Shown in pieces: positions 37,755-48,111 of a DNA stretch of 64,000 bases (positions are counted from its first letter, which is position 1; every line of letters starts with the position of its first letter). The stretch is from an uncultured bacterium (GTDB lineage: Bacteria > Bipolaricaulota > Bipolaricaulia > UBA7950 > UBA9294). The stretch covers positions 39,467 to 103,466 of the forward strand of contig CBDUVB010000002.1 in NCBI GenBank assembly GCA_965370555.1, in the 5' to 3' direction. The notes beneath the pieces are model-generated. The model ran no database searches, was not told where the DNA came from, and saw nothing but the letters and a program-made list of their open reading frames with translations. Made by a program: the position numbers and the translations under genes.

Positions 37755-38035
37755 TTTTCTCGACGCCTCCTAAATAATCTCGGACTAGTTCCAGTCTCAG
37801 CTTAGTAAACGGTCTTTGATGTGTCAAGACGAATGAAAAGGCTTCTAGTGTGTTAGCCGCAACTGCTGAATCGAATGAGATCTATTCTGAGTGCGAGGGA
37901 CACATACCATACTCCCATTGGACGCGTGGTCTATCGAGGAAATAACAGAGCTGATAAACAGGTAGTTATTGAAGAATTGCAAACATACCCCGATACAGTT
38001 TATGACTCTGGAACCCCTAGCTATGTGATATACTC

Positions 38036-38629
38036 ATGTCAATGGATCAGATGTGGAGATTAGCAGCAATGGGATTAACGCTCCTTGGGTCAGTGCTTTC
38101 ACTTGCCGAGGCCATTCGCCTCCCGCGAGTAGGTGCCGCACTCAAGGTCCTCTTTCCGCTCATAGCTTTCTACACTTTACCTCTCATCATGCCGCCACAG
38201 GGAGTATCACCCGAGGATACCGTGATTTTCATGGCAGGTTGGGTGCAATGGGCTATTGTGCTAATGCAGGCAGCGATTTTGGTGACGGTGGGCGTTCTTC
38301 ACCTGGGAATTCTACAGTTTGCTGTCTCCAGAACAGCGTTCTACAAGCGCTGGAGGGCAGTCCGTGCGGCCTTTCGGGTATATCAGACTGTTGTGCTGCT
38401 AGGCGGGATTTTCCCCCTTGTACTAGTTGTGCGAATGGAGACCATCTTCTACACGGGGTTCCTTTGGAGGTTTAGCTTATATGGGTTCTTGGCTGCAGTC
38501 GTCATGGTCGTCATGTATTTCTTAGCCCTGTTCCTCAATAGGGTTTTTCAGGAAAAGCGTACAGCCTTGGTGCTCGCGGTTGTCTGCGTATGCTTATCTT
38601 CCGCTATTGAACTATTTCTCCTGCCCTAG
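38036..38629 (+). CDS. Hypothetical polytopic membrane protein (about 6 TM)
   Basis: 197 aa; multiple 20-residue hydrophobic segments. Confidence 0.45.
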   Translation: MSMDQMWRLAAMGLTLLGSVLSLAEAIRLPRVGAALKVLFPLIAFYTLPLIMPPQGVSPEDTVIFMAGWVQWAIVLMQAAILVTVGVLHLGILQFAVSRTAFYKRWRAVRAAFRVYQTVVLLGGIFPLVLVVRMETIFYTGFLWRFSLYGFLAAVVMVVMYFLALFLNRVFQEKRTALVLAVVCVCLSSAIELFLLP

Positions 38630-38717
38630 CTAATTGAGCTTCTCTTTGAACCCAGCACTATTGCGAAAATGGTCATGGGATATCGTCTTTTGACCTCTCG
38701 TGATGCATTTCAACGGT

Positions 38718-38840
38718 TCACCAGAGCGTACTCACCGGCAGGGCATACAGATTTGAGCCGAAAGGAACGGGTTGATCGCCGGTAGAGAGAACGATCCCTC
38801 GTAGGAAGCGGTCACCCAACGAGTCACGGGATCTAAGGGG
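38718..38840 (-). pseudogene. 3-prime fragment (about 40 codons) of a third DUF4143 AAA ATPase paralog
   Basis: Translates ...SLGDRFLRGIVLSTGDQPVPFGSNLYALPVSTLW*, near-identical to the C-terminus of the 40783..42093 gene; about 150 bp nucleotide homology 38685-38840 vs 40786-40945 including the downstream UTR. Confidence 0.55.
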
Positions 38841-38954
38841 GGCCTTCATTATTAGGATTTCAGCGCCTCACGTTCCACAAAAGCACTTCGCGATCATACT
38901 GGTGCTGGAGTAGAGCGGAGATTGGAGTATGCACCCTCGGGATTCTTCCGATGC

Positions 38955-40172
38955 CTACCCGCCCACCCAATGGAGCACGGGCTTCGCCAGGAACTCGCCG
39001 ACCGATATCCCCTCTCCACCGACAAGCAGCTTGCGCGTTGGCTTGAACGCGGTACTAAATGCGTCCATCCCCGTGAGTGTTCCCCTCACGCGCCCGCTCT
39101 TGACCTCGATTGCAGTAAGCGATCGACTTGCTTGCACGACGAAATCAACCTCGTGGTTGCCCTCTCGCCAGTAAAATACCTTGCATGTACCGGCGCTCTG
39201 TGCATTGGCTAGATGAGCTCCGACTGCGGACTCGACCAATCGTCCCCAGAAAGCGCGATCGCTCAGTGCTTCATCCATTGAGAGTCCCAGCGGCGCTGTC
39301 ATTAGCGCCGTATTCAGCACCTGCAATTTCGGGCTCGATCCACGTCGGCGCACCGTGCTTCCCGAGTACTTCTGGAGTCCCGTTACCATCCCTGCCCCTG
39401 TGAGAAGATCAAGGTAGTGGGCCAGGGTGGTGGTATTTCCTGCATCTTGGAGCTGGCCGAGCATCTTGGTGTATGAGAGTATCTGTCCGGAGTAGTTGCA
39501 TGCCAGCTCGAACAGCCTCCGCAGCAATGCAGGCTTGTCCACCCGCGTAAGGAGCAGCACATCCCGAGCAATCGTTGTCTCGATAAGGGCATCGAGGATG
39601 TAGCGAGACCAGCGCTCAGGATCAGTAATCAGTGGAGCAGCGCCGGGGTAGCTGCCGTGGAACAAGTACGTGTCGAGATCCCAGCCAAAGCAGGAACGCA
39701 TCTCCGAGAAGGTCCAGTGGGGAAGGTGGAGAATCTCGAATCGTCCGGCAAGGCTCTCCGTCAGACCTCGCTGGATGAGCAATGGAGCCGACCCAAGCAG
39801 GATCACCTTGAGATCGCAACCAGAGGCCGAGTCTTCGTCCCACAGACGTTTTACCGTCTCCGACCAGCCGCCAATCTTCTGAATCTCGTCAAGAGCGAGA
39901 ACAACCCCTTTCATGCCTCCCCTGCGTTGCATAAGGCGTGCCGCATCCCATTGTTCCTCGATCCACTGACGTCCGCGTAAGGTTGGTTCGTCAGCGCTCG
40001 CGTACTGGAAGGCCATATCAGAAGAGGCCAGCACTTGCCGCACAAGCGTTGTCTTGCCAACTTGACGTGGTCCGCTCACGACTTGGATGAAGCGACGTGG
40101 CTCCTTGAGTCGCTGTGCGAGAAGCTTAGCCCTCGGGCGTTTGTAGGACGGCAACGCGGCATTACTCAACAT
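38955..40172 (-). CDS. AAA family ATPase (AAA_14 + DUF4143 architecture)
   Basis: 405 aa; Walker A GPRQVGKTTL, Walker B VLALDEIQKI, C-terminal DUF4143-type region. Confidence 0.75.
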   Translation of the reverse strand: MLSNAALPSYKRPRAKLLAQRLKEPRRFIQVVSGPRQVGKTTLVRQVLASSDMAFQYASADEPTLRGRQWIEEQWDAARLMQRRGGMKGVVLALDEIQKIGGWSETVKRLWDEDSASGCDLKVILLGSAPLLIQRGLTESLAGRFEILHLPHWTFSEMRSCFGWDLDTYLFHGSYPGAAPLITDPERWSRYILDALIETTIARDVLLLTRVDKPALLRRLFELACNYSGQILSYTKMLGQLQDAGNTTTLAHYLDLLTGAGMVTGLQKYSGSTVRRRGSSPKLQVLNTALMTAPLGLSMDEALSDRAFWGRLVESAVGAHLANAQSAGTCKVFYWREGNHEVDFVVQASRSLTAIEVKSGRVRGTLTGMDAFSTAFKPTRKLLVGGEGISVGEFLAKPVLHWVGG

Positions 40173-40390
40173 AGTGAGTAATTTTACTCAAAGTCTTGAG
40201 TAAAATCAACTCGAACGATAGTTACCCCCATTGCTAGTCGCAACTATCTCCTGCAAATCAGGATTGCCACGCGCGCTTCCAGAGATACTCTCAAATTCCG
40301 AAAACGCCAAGAATGAAGATCTGACCACAGCTCCCCCTGGCCTTCTGTCGCACGTCGGGAGTGCTGATATTCGTTGCTGCGTGGGAAGAT

Positions 40391-40657
40391 TCAGCTCTCT
40401 TCGTCGTATGGTAGCTTGGGGAGTTGCCTGAGCGCTGCTACGAAGCGCTTGCGGTCGTAGTTTTCGTTTTGCTTGAGAACGTTGTAGAGTTCGTGGACAA
40501 CGACTGTGCCGATCAATTCCACGGCTTCCTCCCTTGAGAAGCCCTCTTTGATCAACCGTCTCAATGTCTGTCGCGTTTCTGGCGGATCGTTGTCGCGGAT
40601 CTGGTTCCCAACGACCTTCAGTATTATCTCCCGGCGCCTTTTCTGGTCTTCGTCCAT
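40391..40657 (-). CDS. Hypothetical small basic protein (about 88 aa)
   Basis: Start chosen at internal ATG (MDEDQKRRREIILK...); upstream part of the ORF-track call is Arg-rich low complexity. Confidence 0.35.
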   Translation of the reverse strand: MDEDQKRRREIILKVVGNQIRDNDPPETRQTLRRLIKEGFSREEAVELIGTVVVHELYNVLKQNENYDRKRFVAALRQLPKLPYDEES

Positions 40658-40782
40658 ACGCCCTCTTTCTTGCGCTCGCGTCTTTCGGTCTCTCCAGCGG
40701 TTCTGAGATCTTCTTCGCACTCCGACTGAACGGATGGTAGTGCAGACCAAGACCGTTTTGCAACTGATCTAATGCGTCGCTG

Positions 40783-42093
40783 TCAGGTCTTGTCTTTTGA
40801 CTTCTCGTGACTCATTTCACTGCTTCGCCAAAGCGTAGTCACCGGCAAGGCATACAGATTTGAGCCGAAAGGAACGGGTTGATCACCGGTATAGAGAACG
40901 ATGCCGCGCAGGAAGCGGTCACCCAACAAGTCACTGAGGTACTTCAACCCCTTAAAGTCGCCACTCTTGACCGTTGATGAGGCCTTGACCTCAATCCCCA
41001 CGACCTTACCGGCAGGGTTCTCCAGCACTATGTCCACTTCCTGTCCTTTTCGCGTGCGAAAGTGGAAGAACTCGGGCTGAATCCCGCTCCAGCTAGCTTG
41101 CTTTCTTAGCTCCATGATGACGAAGTTCTCCAGCAGGGGACCAAAGGTATTTGGATCGGATTTGATCCGCTCTTCGTTCAACCCTGTTAGGTGGGCCAGC
41201 AAGCCGGTGTCATTCAGAGCTACCTTTCGTGAACGGATGAGCCTCTTGCCAAGGTTGGACGACCAAGCAGGAAGTGGCTGAAATAAGAAAGTCATTTTGA
41301 ACAACGCTATGTAACGCTTCGCGGTACTCTGTGGTAGGCCAAGGCTGTTGGCAAGTTCTGAGTAGTTCATCAGCGAGCTAGCGCGCGCTGCCAACAAGGA
41401 AAGCAGGCGGGGCATCATAGTGAGGTGTTCTATGTTCGCCAGGTCTCGAATCTCGCGTTGGACAATGGTGGTAACATACGAGCGGAACCAGGCACTGCGC
41501 CTGCTCACAGATGATTTTCCTACCATTTCAGGGTAACCACCGGTTAGTACACGTTTGATAAGCTCGTCTCTACTGAGATTACTAGCGGCAAATTGCGACA
41601 GTTTGCTAGCGAATATTCGATTTACGAAATCTTCCCTTTGCTTCTCTAGCTCACCTTGCGAAAAGGGCGAAAGAGTCAGGATTTCCATTCTGCCAGCGAG
41701 CGATTCCGATAGCTTAGGCAGGAGCAAAGGATTCGCCGAGCCAGTGAGCAAGAAGCTGCCGGGTACGCGGTTGCGATCGACTGCAGCCTTGATGGCTAAG
41801 AACAGCTCGGGAGCTCGTTGCACCTCATCGAGGACCACAGGACCATCAAAACCAGTCAAGAAACCCGTGGGATCACTGCGTGCAGCGGAAAGCACTGCGG
41901 CATCATCGAGGGTGATGTAGCGTGCCGGATGCGCTTCTCTTGCCAACCATTGCATTAATGTGCTCTTGCCCGTCTGCCTGGCACCGTTAAGCAAGACAAC
42001 GGGAGTATCCGACAGTGCTTCCAGGATAGCTGGCGTGATACTCCGTGGGATCATGAGAAGATTATAGCAACCGACAGGGTGCATTTCAACCAC
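40783..42093 (-). CDS. AAA family ATPase (AAA_14 + DUF4143 architecture), paralog of 38955..40172
   Basis: 436 aa (GTG start; alternative ATG at about 42052 giving MIPRSITPA...); Walker A GARQTGKSTL, Walker B VVLDEVQRA. Confidence 0.75.
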   Translation of the reverse strand: MVEMHPVGCYNLLMIPRSITPAILEALSDTPVVLLNGARQTGKSTLMQWLAREAHPARYITLDDAAVLSAARSDPTGFLTGFDGPVVLDEVQRAPELFLAIKAAVDRNRVPGSFLLTGSANPLLLPKLSESLAGRMEILTLSPFSQGELEKQREDFVNRIFASKLSQFAASNLSRDELIKRVLTGGYPEMVGKSSVSRRSAWFRSYVTTIVQREIRDLANIEHLTMMPRLLSLLAARASSLMNYSELANSLGLPQSTAKRYIALFKMTFLFQPLPAWSSNLGKRLIRSRKVALNDTGLLAHLTGLNEERIKSDPNTFGPLLENFVIMELRKQASWSGIQPEFFHFRTRKGQEVDIVLENPAGKVVGIEVKASSTVKSGDFKGLKYLSDLLGDRFLRGIVLYTGDQPVPFGSNLYALPVTTLWRSSEMSHEKSKDKT

Positions 42094-42110
42094 TCAGTGG
42101 TGGATTAGCA
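42066..42110. promoter_or_regulatory. Two copies of a 15-bp near-palindrome AACCACTSAGTGGTT spaced 21 bp, at the 5-prime end of the AAA ATPase gene (operator-like)
   Basis: ttcaaccactcagtggtggattagcaaccactcagtggttaatt. Confidence 0.4.
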
Positions 42111-42365
42111 ACCACTCAGTGGTTAATTCGCCCGAAAGGAAGAAGAGCTCGACACACACTATCAATTAGCTGGGTGAGACTCGTATCAACAGTGCCTTGC
42201 GGCAGAAGATCACTGTTCCGTCTTGTTTGCTACAGGGCAAACATCTCCTGGAGGACCAGGAGTGAACCTCCCCGCCTACAAGGCGGGGAGGTTCACTCCT
42301 TCTTCGCGGTATGCTTCTCTTGCAAGAGTAATTGACCAGCTACCTGTTTCGCCTATAATACTTTC

Positions 42366-43610
42366 ATGGGAAGAGTGTACAAGAACCGGGACTCACAGAA
42401 GAGGCTCAGCCGAAAAGGTGCCGGTGAGCGGATGTCACTTGCTCCGGAGGAGCTTGTACATCATGGGTGGATGTGGGACAGGACGCCGGTGACCCTCCGC
42501 TCCGTTCAGCCCGAAGATGCACCGGCGTTATGCGCCATGTTTCGTGCTTGTAGCCCAAAGAGCCTTTATCTTCGTTTTGAGCGTCAGTTGAACGAGATCT
42601 CCCTCGATCAAGCTGTTCAACTATGCTCTGTTGATCACGAGAATGAAATAGGCATCGTGGCTGAGATCAAGGAGGCTGGATCTCATAAACTCATTGGGTT
42701 AGGACAGCTGTTCGCCGATCCGGACCACGGGACGGCCGAGTACGCGGTACTCGTGGCCGATCCTTGGCAAGGGAAGGGCCTGGGGAGCAAGTTTACTGAC
42801 TTTTGCTTTGAAATCGCGTGGCAATGGGGCGTCAAAAGGGTGGTGGGTGAGTTCTCTCCAAGTAACGTGCGAATAATCCGTATCCTCCAATCCCGGGGCT
42901 TTCGCTTGCAGCGTGACGGGCAGGAGCAAGTCGTGTTTGCGGAGAAGACCCTCGAGGACCTGGTCTGGATCGCTAAGAGAGGTGAGGCAATGTCAAACAT
43001 GAAGTGGCGCAAATCTCTGCGCCCCATGATCAACGAAGCCAGAGAGGAGCTGACGCTGGTTAGCCCCCAAGAACTAGCCCGTAGGGGAGGTCTGACTTTC
43101 CAGGCCGGCCGGTTGGAGCTTCCTCTACTGGGAAGAGTGTACTCGATCCGCTGGCCGGAGTTGGTGCTCACTGCGCCAGACGGCGAGGCCTGCCCGGAAG
43201 AACTACAGATCCTCCTGCTCGATTACCTGAAAAATGGAGACGGTACACCCCCCACAGGTCGGTGGATTGGCTTTCGCGAGTTGGCCGATGGAGGATTCTA
43301 CTGGCGGGCATTCCAAGGATATTCGGGTGATCAACTGGTCCGAGATCTGGCCGGTAACATCGAAGCCTTCCATCGAGCGACGAAAAGGCTAGGAGGAGAA
43401 CCACTGGACATGGGAGACGCTTCTTATACCTTCCGCACGCTGCCGCAGCTGCCGATGGCGGTGGTCTGGTGGGCAGGCGATGAGGAGTTTCCTGCAGAAG
43501 CGACCGTGTTGTTCGCTGAGACGGCCGGTCACTATCTCCCTACTGATGGTCTGGCAATTCTTGGTCGAATGCTATGTCGAAAACTGGCCAACTTAGCGAG
43601 GGAAGCATGA
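42366..43610 (+). CDS. GNAT N-acetyltransferase fused to DUF3786 domain (DUF3786 is typical of CODH/ACS clusters)
   Basis: 414 aa (likely start MSLAPEEL at about 42432); GNAT acetyl-CoA motif VLVADPWQGKGLGSKF; C-terminal 200 aa resembles DUF3786 proteins encoded in acs operons. Confidence 0.55.
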   Translation: MGRVYKNRDSQKRLSRKGAGERMSLAPEELVHHGWMWDRTPVTLRSVQPEDAPALCAMFRACSPKSLYLRFERQLNEISLDQAVQLCSVDHENEIGIVAEIKEAGSHKLIGLGQLFADPDHGTAEYAVLVADPWQGKGLGSKFTDFCFEIAWQWGVKRVVGEFSPSNVRIIRILQSRGFRLQRDGQEQVVFAEKTLEDLVWIAKRGEAMSNMKWRKSLRPMINEAREELTLVSPQELARRGGLTFQAGRLELPLLGRVYSIRWPELVLTAPDGEACPEELQILLLDYLKNGDGTPPTGRWIGFRELADGGFYWRAFQGYSGDQLVRDLAGNIEAFHRATKRLGGEPLDMGDASYTFRTLPQLPMAVVWWAGDEEFPAEATVLFAETAGHYLPTDGLAILGRMLCRKLANLAREA

Positions 43611-44410
43611 AGCTTGCCGTAGCTGGGAAGGGCGGGGTGGGCAAGACTACTCTAGTGGCACTGCTTGCTCGTGAGGCCGTAACCCGTGGCTATCGAGTGA
43701 TTGCGGTAGATGCCGATTCCGATGCCAATCTTGCCATGACCCTGGGATTCCCCGAACCGATCATTCCGTTAGCAAAAGAGTGGGATCTGATTGCCGACCG
43801 GGCCGGCACCGGTGGGCTGATCAAATTGAACCCCACTGTGGACGACATCCCAGACCGCTACTCGGTTGAGCAGGACGGAATCCGGCTGCTTGTTCTCGGA
43901 GGCGTCCGCCAAGGTGGTGGGGGCTGCGCGTGTCCGGCCAACGCTCTCCTGCACTCCCTCCTCCGCCACCTCTTCCTTCGCCAAGGGGAGGTCGTCTTAG
44001 TGGATATGGAGGCGGGCATCGAGCACCTTGGCCGTGGTACGGTGCAGGGGGTAGATGCTCTGATCGTTGTTGTAGAGGGCGATCGCCGCTCATTGGAGAC
44101 AGCAGCGAGGATCGTCCACTTAGCCCACGAGATTGGCCTTGATCGGATTCTCGCAGTAGGAAACAAGATCCGCCAACCCGAGGAAGAAGCGCTCATCCGC
44201 GAAGGGCTCCCGGATGGCATCCCTCTTCTGAGTGTACTTTCTTACCTGGAAGAAATCCGAGCGACTGGCCTTTCAGGTAATCCTCACGAAGGGTCTTCCC
44301 CGCCGGCCGTTCAAGACCTCTTTTCGCTTCTGGAAGGGCGGCTGGGCTCCGCCCCGTATCGTCAGAGCCCAGAGTATCCTTCTAGTTGTTGTTACGAACC
44401 ACGGCCCTAA
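43607..44410 (+). CDS. cooC: CO dehydrogenase/ACS nickel-insertion ATPase CooC (AcsF-type), copy 1
   Basis: Deviant Walker A AVAGKGGVGKTT (MinD/ParA class) and CxC metal motif GGCACP; ATGA overlap with upstream gene. Confidence 0.85.
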   Translation: MKLAVAGKGGVGKTTLVALLAREAVTRGYRVIAVDADSDANLAMTLGFPEPIIPLAKEWDLIADRAGTGGLIKLNPTVDDIPDRYSVEQDGIRLLVLGGVRQGGGGCACPANALLHSLLRHLFLRQGEVVLVDMEAGIEHLGRGTVQGVDALIVVVEGDRRSLETAARIVHLAHEIGLDRILAVGNKIRQPEEEALIREGLPDGIPLLSVLSYLEEIRATGLSGNPHEGSSPPAVQDLFSLLEGRLGSAPYRQSPEYPSSCCYEPRP

Positions 44411-44519
44411 TTTGGCAGGATCTTCTCAACGTGCTATATTGCTTTGGAATATGACTGCGTGCAGGCCTATGCTTGCGAGCCACCGCAGGGAAGGATGTTC
44501 TTTTAGGAGGTAATAGATT

Positions 44520-46739
44520 ATGTCGAGGATCATCGCGACGGCGGCCATCCGAGGCGCTCACAGCTACGTCGAGCAGGCAAAACAAGAGCTTGACAAGACA
44601 ATCGAGGCATTCGGACCGGAGAAGAATGTCGAGTTTCCTAACACTGCGTACTACCTCCCCATGATCTTAGCTCTCATGGGTCTTGAGGTGAAGACCATAG
44701 GAGACGCGCAAAAAGCTTTGGAGCATGCCGAACGGCTCCTTTCACCGGTACCGACCAGCCAGTTGTGGGTTCCCTATCTTGGCTCTACTCTGGATGCAGG
44801 AATTGCCACCCTGATTGCCGAGGAGATCATCGAGGCACTGAAATACGTCAACGGTCTTGAGCCAGAGGAGCCGTGGCTCGGTTTTACCGACGATGCGACC
44901 CTGAGGACCCAGGGGATCAAGCTCGTCGATGGGCGGATGCCTGGCTTTGCCGCCTGTGTGGGCGCGCTTCCAACTAATGAACAAGCAGTTGAACTTGCAA
45001 GGTCCCTCCAAGAACGAAACATCTTGGTCTTCATGGCTTCCAGCACCAATGGGCACTCGATGGCCGAGCAGTTGGCCGAAGAGGGAGTGGAGATGAACTG
45101 GGACACATTCCTCGTTCCCTACGGCAAGGATACGTCCGCTTCGGTGCACGCGCTGAATTTCGCCGTACGTGCGGCAATGACCTTTGGCGGGATCAAGCCC
45201 GGAGATCTCAATGCGGCTCGGAAGATCCTGCTCTATAACAAGGATCGCGTTTACGCCTTTGTCCTTGCCCTGGGAGCGGATCTTGATCCGCAGGAGAACG
45301 GTGGCCAGCTCCTCACCGACGAGAAATATGCCACCGCAGCGGGGGCGATCAACTTTGGCTTCCCCATCATCTCCGATGTCGAGATCCCCCAGATCCTGCC
45401 GCGGGGAATCTGCACTTACGAACATGTCGTCTCCGGCATTCCGCGAGATGCGATTGTGAACAGGGCCGTCGAGGTCCGCGGACTTAAACTCAAGATAAGT
45501 GAAATCCCTATCCCTGTTCCCTACGGTGCTGGCTTTGAGGGCGAGCGGGTGCGAAAGGAGCAGATGCACGTCCAGTTTGGCGGCAAGTATACGGATGCGT
45601 TTGAGCTAGTGCGCGGTAGGTCAATGGATGAGGTGGAAGATGGCAAGATTGAACTGATCGGTCCAGACATCGATGAGGTCGAAGAAGGGAGCGCACTTCC
45701 GTTAGGCGTCATCGTGGAGGTCGCTGGCCGGGACTTCAAGGAAGACTTCGAAACGGTCCTCGAACGGCGAATCCACGAGTTCACCTCCTGGGCCTACGGT
45801 GTCTTCCACATGGGCCAACGCGCGATCGTTTGGGCCCGGATCAGCAAGGAGGCCTTCGCTAAGGGCTTTCGTCTTACCCATTACGGTGAAATCCTCGTGG
45901 CTAAGATGCACGAGGAGTTCTCCGGGATCCTCGATAAGCTTCAGGTCACGATCATCACCGATGCGGAGAAGCTGAGAGAGCCTCTCGAGAAGGCAAGAGT
46001 GATCTACCACCAGCGGGACGAGCGGATTATGGGGATGCAGGATGAAGACATCGATACCTTCTACTCTTGTGTCCTTTGCCAGTCATATGCCCCGGATCAC
46101 GTCTGCATCGTCACCCCAGAGCGGCTCGGCCTCTGTGGGGCCTACACCTGGCTAGACTGTGCCGCAAGCTACGAGATGAAACCCCACGGGCCGAACCAGC
46201 CGGTGAAAAAAGACGAAGTGATCGATTCGGTGAAGGGCCAGTGGAAGGGAGTCAATGCGTACCTCGAAGTCGCCTCCAACGGGAACCTAAAGCGGTTCAA
46301 TGCCTACTCGATGATGGAGGATCCGATGACCAGTTGCGGCTGTTTTGAATGCATCACCGCCATCCTTCCCGAGACAAATGGAGTGATGATCGCCAACCGC
46401 GAGTACACGGAGATGACTCCAATTGGGATGAGCTTCTCCACCATGGCCGGCCAGATTGGTGGCGGGATCCAGACCCCTGGCTTCATCGGGATGGGGAAGC
46501 TCTACATCACAAGTAAGAAATTCATCTCCGCGGATGGGGGAATCGAACGGGTCGTGTGGATGCCCAAACAGCTCAAGGAGGAGATCTCCGAGCGGTTACT
46601 AAAGCGTCTCGAAGAGATTGGAAAGCCTGATCTGTTCGACAAAATCGCCACCGAGGAGAACGCCGCAACAAGTGAGAAACTCGTGGAGTTCCTGCAAAAG
46701 GTGAACCATCCGGCGCTTAAAATGGAACCAATGATGTAA
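44520..46739 (+). CDS. acsB: Acetyl-CoA synthase (CO-methylating), AcsB / ACDS beta subunit
   Basis: 739 aa; A-cluster ligand motif SCGCFECI and overall ACS length/order. Confidence 0.9.
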   Translation: MSRIIATAAIRGAHSYVEQAKQELDKTIEAFGPEKNVEFPNTAYYLPMILALMGLEVKTIGDAQKALEHAERLLSPVPTSQLWVPYLGSTLDAGIATLIAEEIIEALKYVNGLEPEEPWLGFTDDATLRTQGIKLVDGRMPGFAACVGALPTNEQAVELARSLQERNILVFMASSTNGHSMAEQLAEEGVEMNWDTFLVPYGKDTSASVHALNFAVRAAMTFGGIKPGDLNAARKILLYNKDRVYAFVLALGADLDPQENGGQLLTDEKYATAAGAINFGFPIISDVEIPQILPRGICTYEHVVSGIPRDAIVNRAVEVRGLKLKISEIPIPVPYGAGFEGERVRKEQMHVQFGGKYTDAFELVRGRSMDEVEDGKIELIGPDIDEVEEGSALPLGVIVEVAGRDFKEDFETVLERRIHEFTSWAYGVFHMGQRAIVWARISKEAFAKGFRLTHYGEILVAKMHEEFSGILDKLQVTIITDAEKLREPLEKARVIYHQRDERIMGMQDEDIDTFYSCVLCQSYAPDHVCIVTPERLGLCGAYTWLDCAASYEMKPHGPNQPVKKDEVIDSVKGQWKGVNAYLEVASNGNLKRFNAYSMMEDPMTSCGCFECITAILPETNGVMIANREYTEMTPIGMSFSTMAGQIGGGIQTPGFIGMGKLYITSKKFISADGGIERVVWMPKQLKEEISERLLKRLEEIGKPDLFDKIATEENAATSEKLVEFLQKVNHPALKMEPMM

Positions 46740-46757
46740 AGGAGGAAAAATAGCGTC

Positions 46758-48104
46758 ATGGCCAAACTGACTGGCATCGAGATTTATAAACTTCTGCCGA
46801 AGACTAACTGCGGCGATTGTAACTTTCCAACGTGTATGGCCTTCGCCATGCAGGTGGCAGCGAAAAAGGCCGCGCTTGATAAATGCCCCCACGTCTCCGA
46901 AGAGGCCCAAACTGCCTTGGGCGAGGCGCAAGCGCCTCCGATGTGGACCGTCAAGATCGGTACCGGTGAGCAAGAGTTCGTCACCGGCGGGGAGACGGTC
47001 CTTTTCCGTCACGAGGAGAAATTCTACAATCCCACAGGTATCGCGATCAAGGTAGCTGCCAGCCTCTCACCGGAGGAATTGGACAAACGCATTGAGAAGA
47101 TCAATCGACTCCACTTTGTTCGCGTGGGCGAGGAGATCGGGGTGAATCTCATCGCCCTCGATCACGATGGAAGCGATGGTACCCAATACGCGAAAGCTCT
47201 CGCGCGGGTTAGGGAAAAGTCGGACTTGCCACTGGTTCTCCTTTCCTCTGATCCGCAAGTTCTAGGTCTGGCACTCGAGGCCGCAGCGGGCGAACGGCCA
47301 CTCGTTTGGGCCGCTACGCAGGAGAACTGGGAGGCGATGGCCGATCTTGCCGGAAAGTTCAAGGTCCCTCTGGGAGTCCGTGCTGAGACCCTCGAGGGAT
47401 TAGCCGAGTTGACAGGAAAGATCAAGGAAAAAGGGGTGGAGGATCTGGTGATTGAACCCCCTGGGGTAGATCTCCTCGACAATCTTACCAAGCTTACCCA
47501 GCTTCGGCGGCTGGCCCTGGAGAAGGTCTTCCGGCCGCTTGGGTATCCGACGCTGGTATTAACGGATAGTACCTCGCCATCGGAGGAGGCGAGCGAAGCA
47601 ACGGCCTACATCTGTCGCTACGCAGGTATTGTGGTGATGAACGGGACGGAGAGTTGGGAGATACTCCCGCTTCTCACCACCCGCCAGAACATCTATACCG
47701 ACCCTCAGGTCCCCAACGCCATCGAGGCCAAGCTCTACGACATCGGCGAACCGGGGCCCGATGCGCCGGTCCTCTTTACGACCAACTTCGCCCTTACTTA
47801 CTTCACCGTTGCCGGGGAGGTGGAGAACAGCAAAGTCCCGACTTACATCTGTGTAGCCGATACGGAGGGGCTGGGAGTTTTAAACGCCTACGCAGACGAC
47901 AAGCTGACCGCAGAGAAGGTGATCAAGACGGTTCAAGAGCAAGGGGTGATGGAGAAGGTCAGTCACAACAGGCTGATTATCCCTGGGTTGGTCGCTGTGC
48001 TGCGAATGGAAATTCAGGAGGACTCCGGCTGGGAGGTGATCGTCGGTCCTGAGGACGCCGCCGGGATCCCTCACTTTTTGAAGACCGAATGGAGTCCTAA
48101 CTAG
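46758..48104 (+). CDS. acsC: Corrinoid iron-sulfur protein large subunit (AcsC)
   Basis: 448 aa; N-terminal 4Fe-4S motif CGDCNFPTCMAF...C, TIM-barrel corrinoid-binding remainder. Confidence 0.9.
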   Translation: MAKLTGIEIYKLLPKTNCGDCNFPTCMAFAMQVAAKKAALDKCPHVSEEAQTALGEAQAPPMWTVKIGTGEQEFVTGGETVLFRHEEKFYNPTGIAIKVAASLSPEELDKRIEKINRLHFVRVGEEIGVNLIALDHDGSDGTQYAKALARVREKSDLPLVLLSSDPQVLGLALEAAAGERPLVWAATQENWEAMADLAGKFKVPLGVRAETLEGLAELTGKIKEKGVEDLVIEPPGVDLLDNLTKLTQLRRLALEKVFRPLGYPTLVLTDSTSPSEEASEATAYICRYAGIVVMNGTESWEILPLLTTRQNIYTDPQVPNAIEAKLYDIGEPGPDAPVLFTTNFALTYFTVAGEVENSKVPTYICVADTEGLGVLNAYADDKLTAEKVIKTVQEQGVMEKVSHNRLIIPGLVAVLRMEIQEDSGWEVIVGPEDAAGIPHFLKTEWSPN

Positions 48105-48111
48105 GCAAAAG

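Noticed and set aside
43574-43606. ORF-track start of cooC1 at 43574 (MSKTGQLSEGS...)
   Set aside because: CooC proteins begin directly with the MK(L/V)A(V/I)AGKGG P-loop strand; ATG 43607 overlaps the upstream stop (ATGA) as in the other operon junctions.
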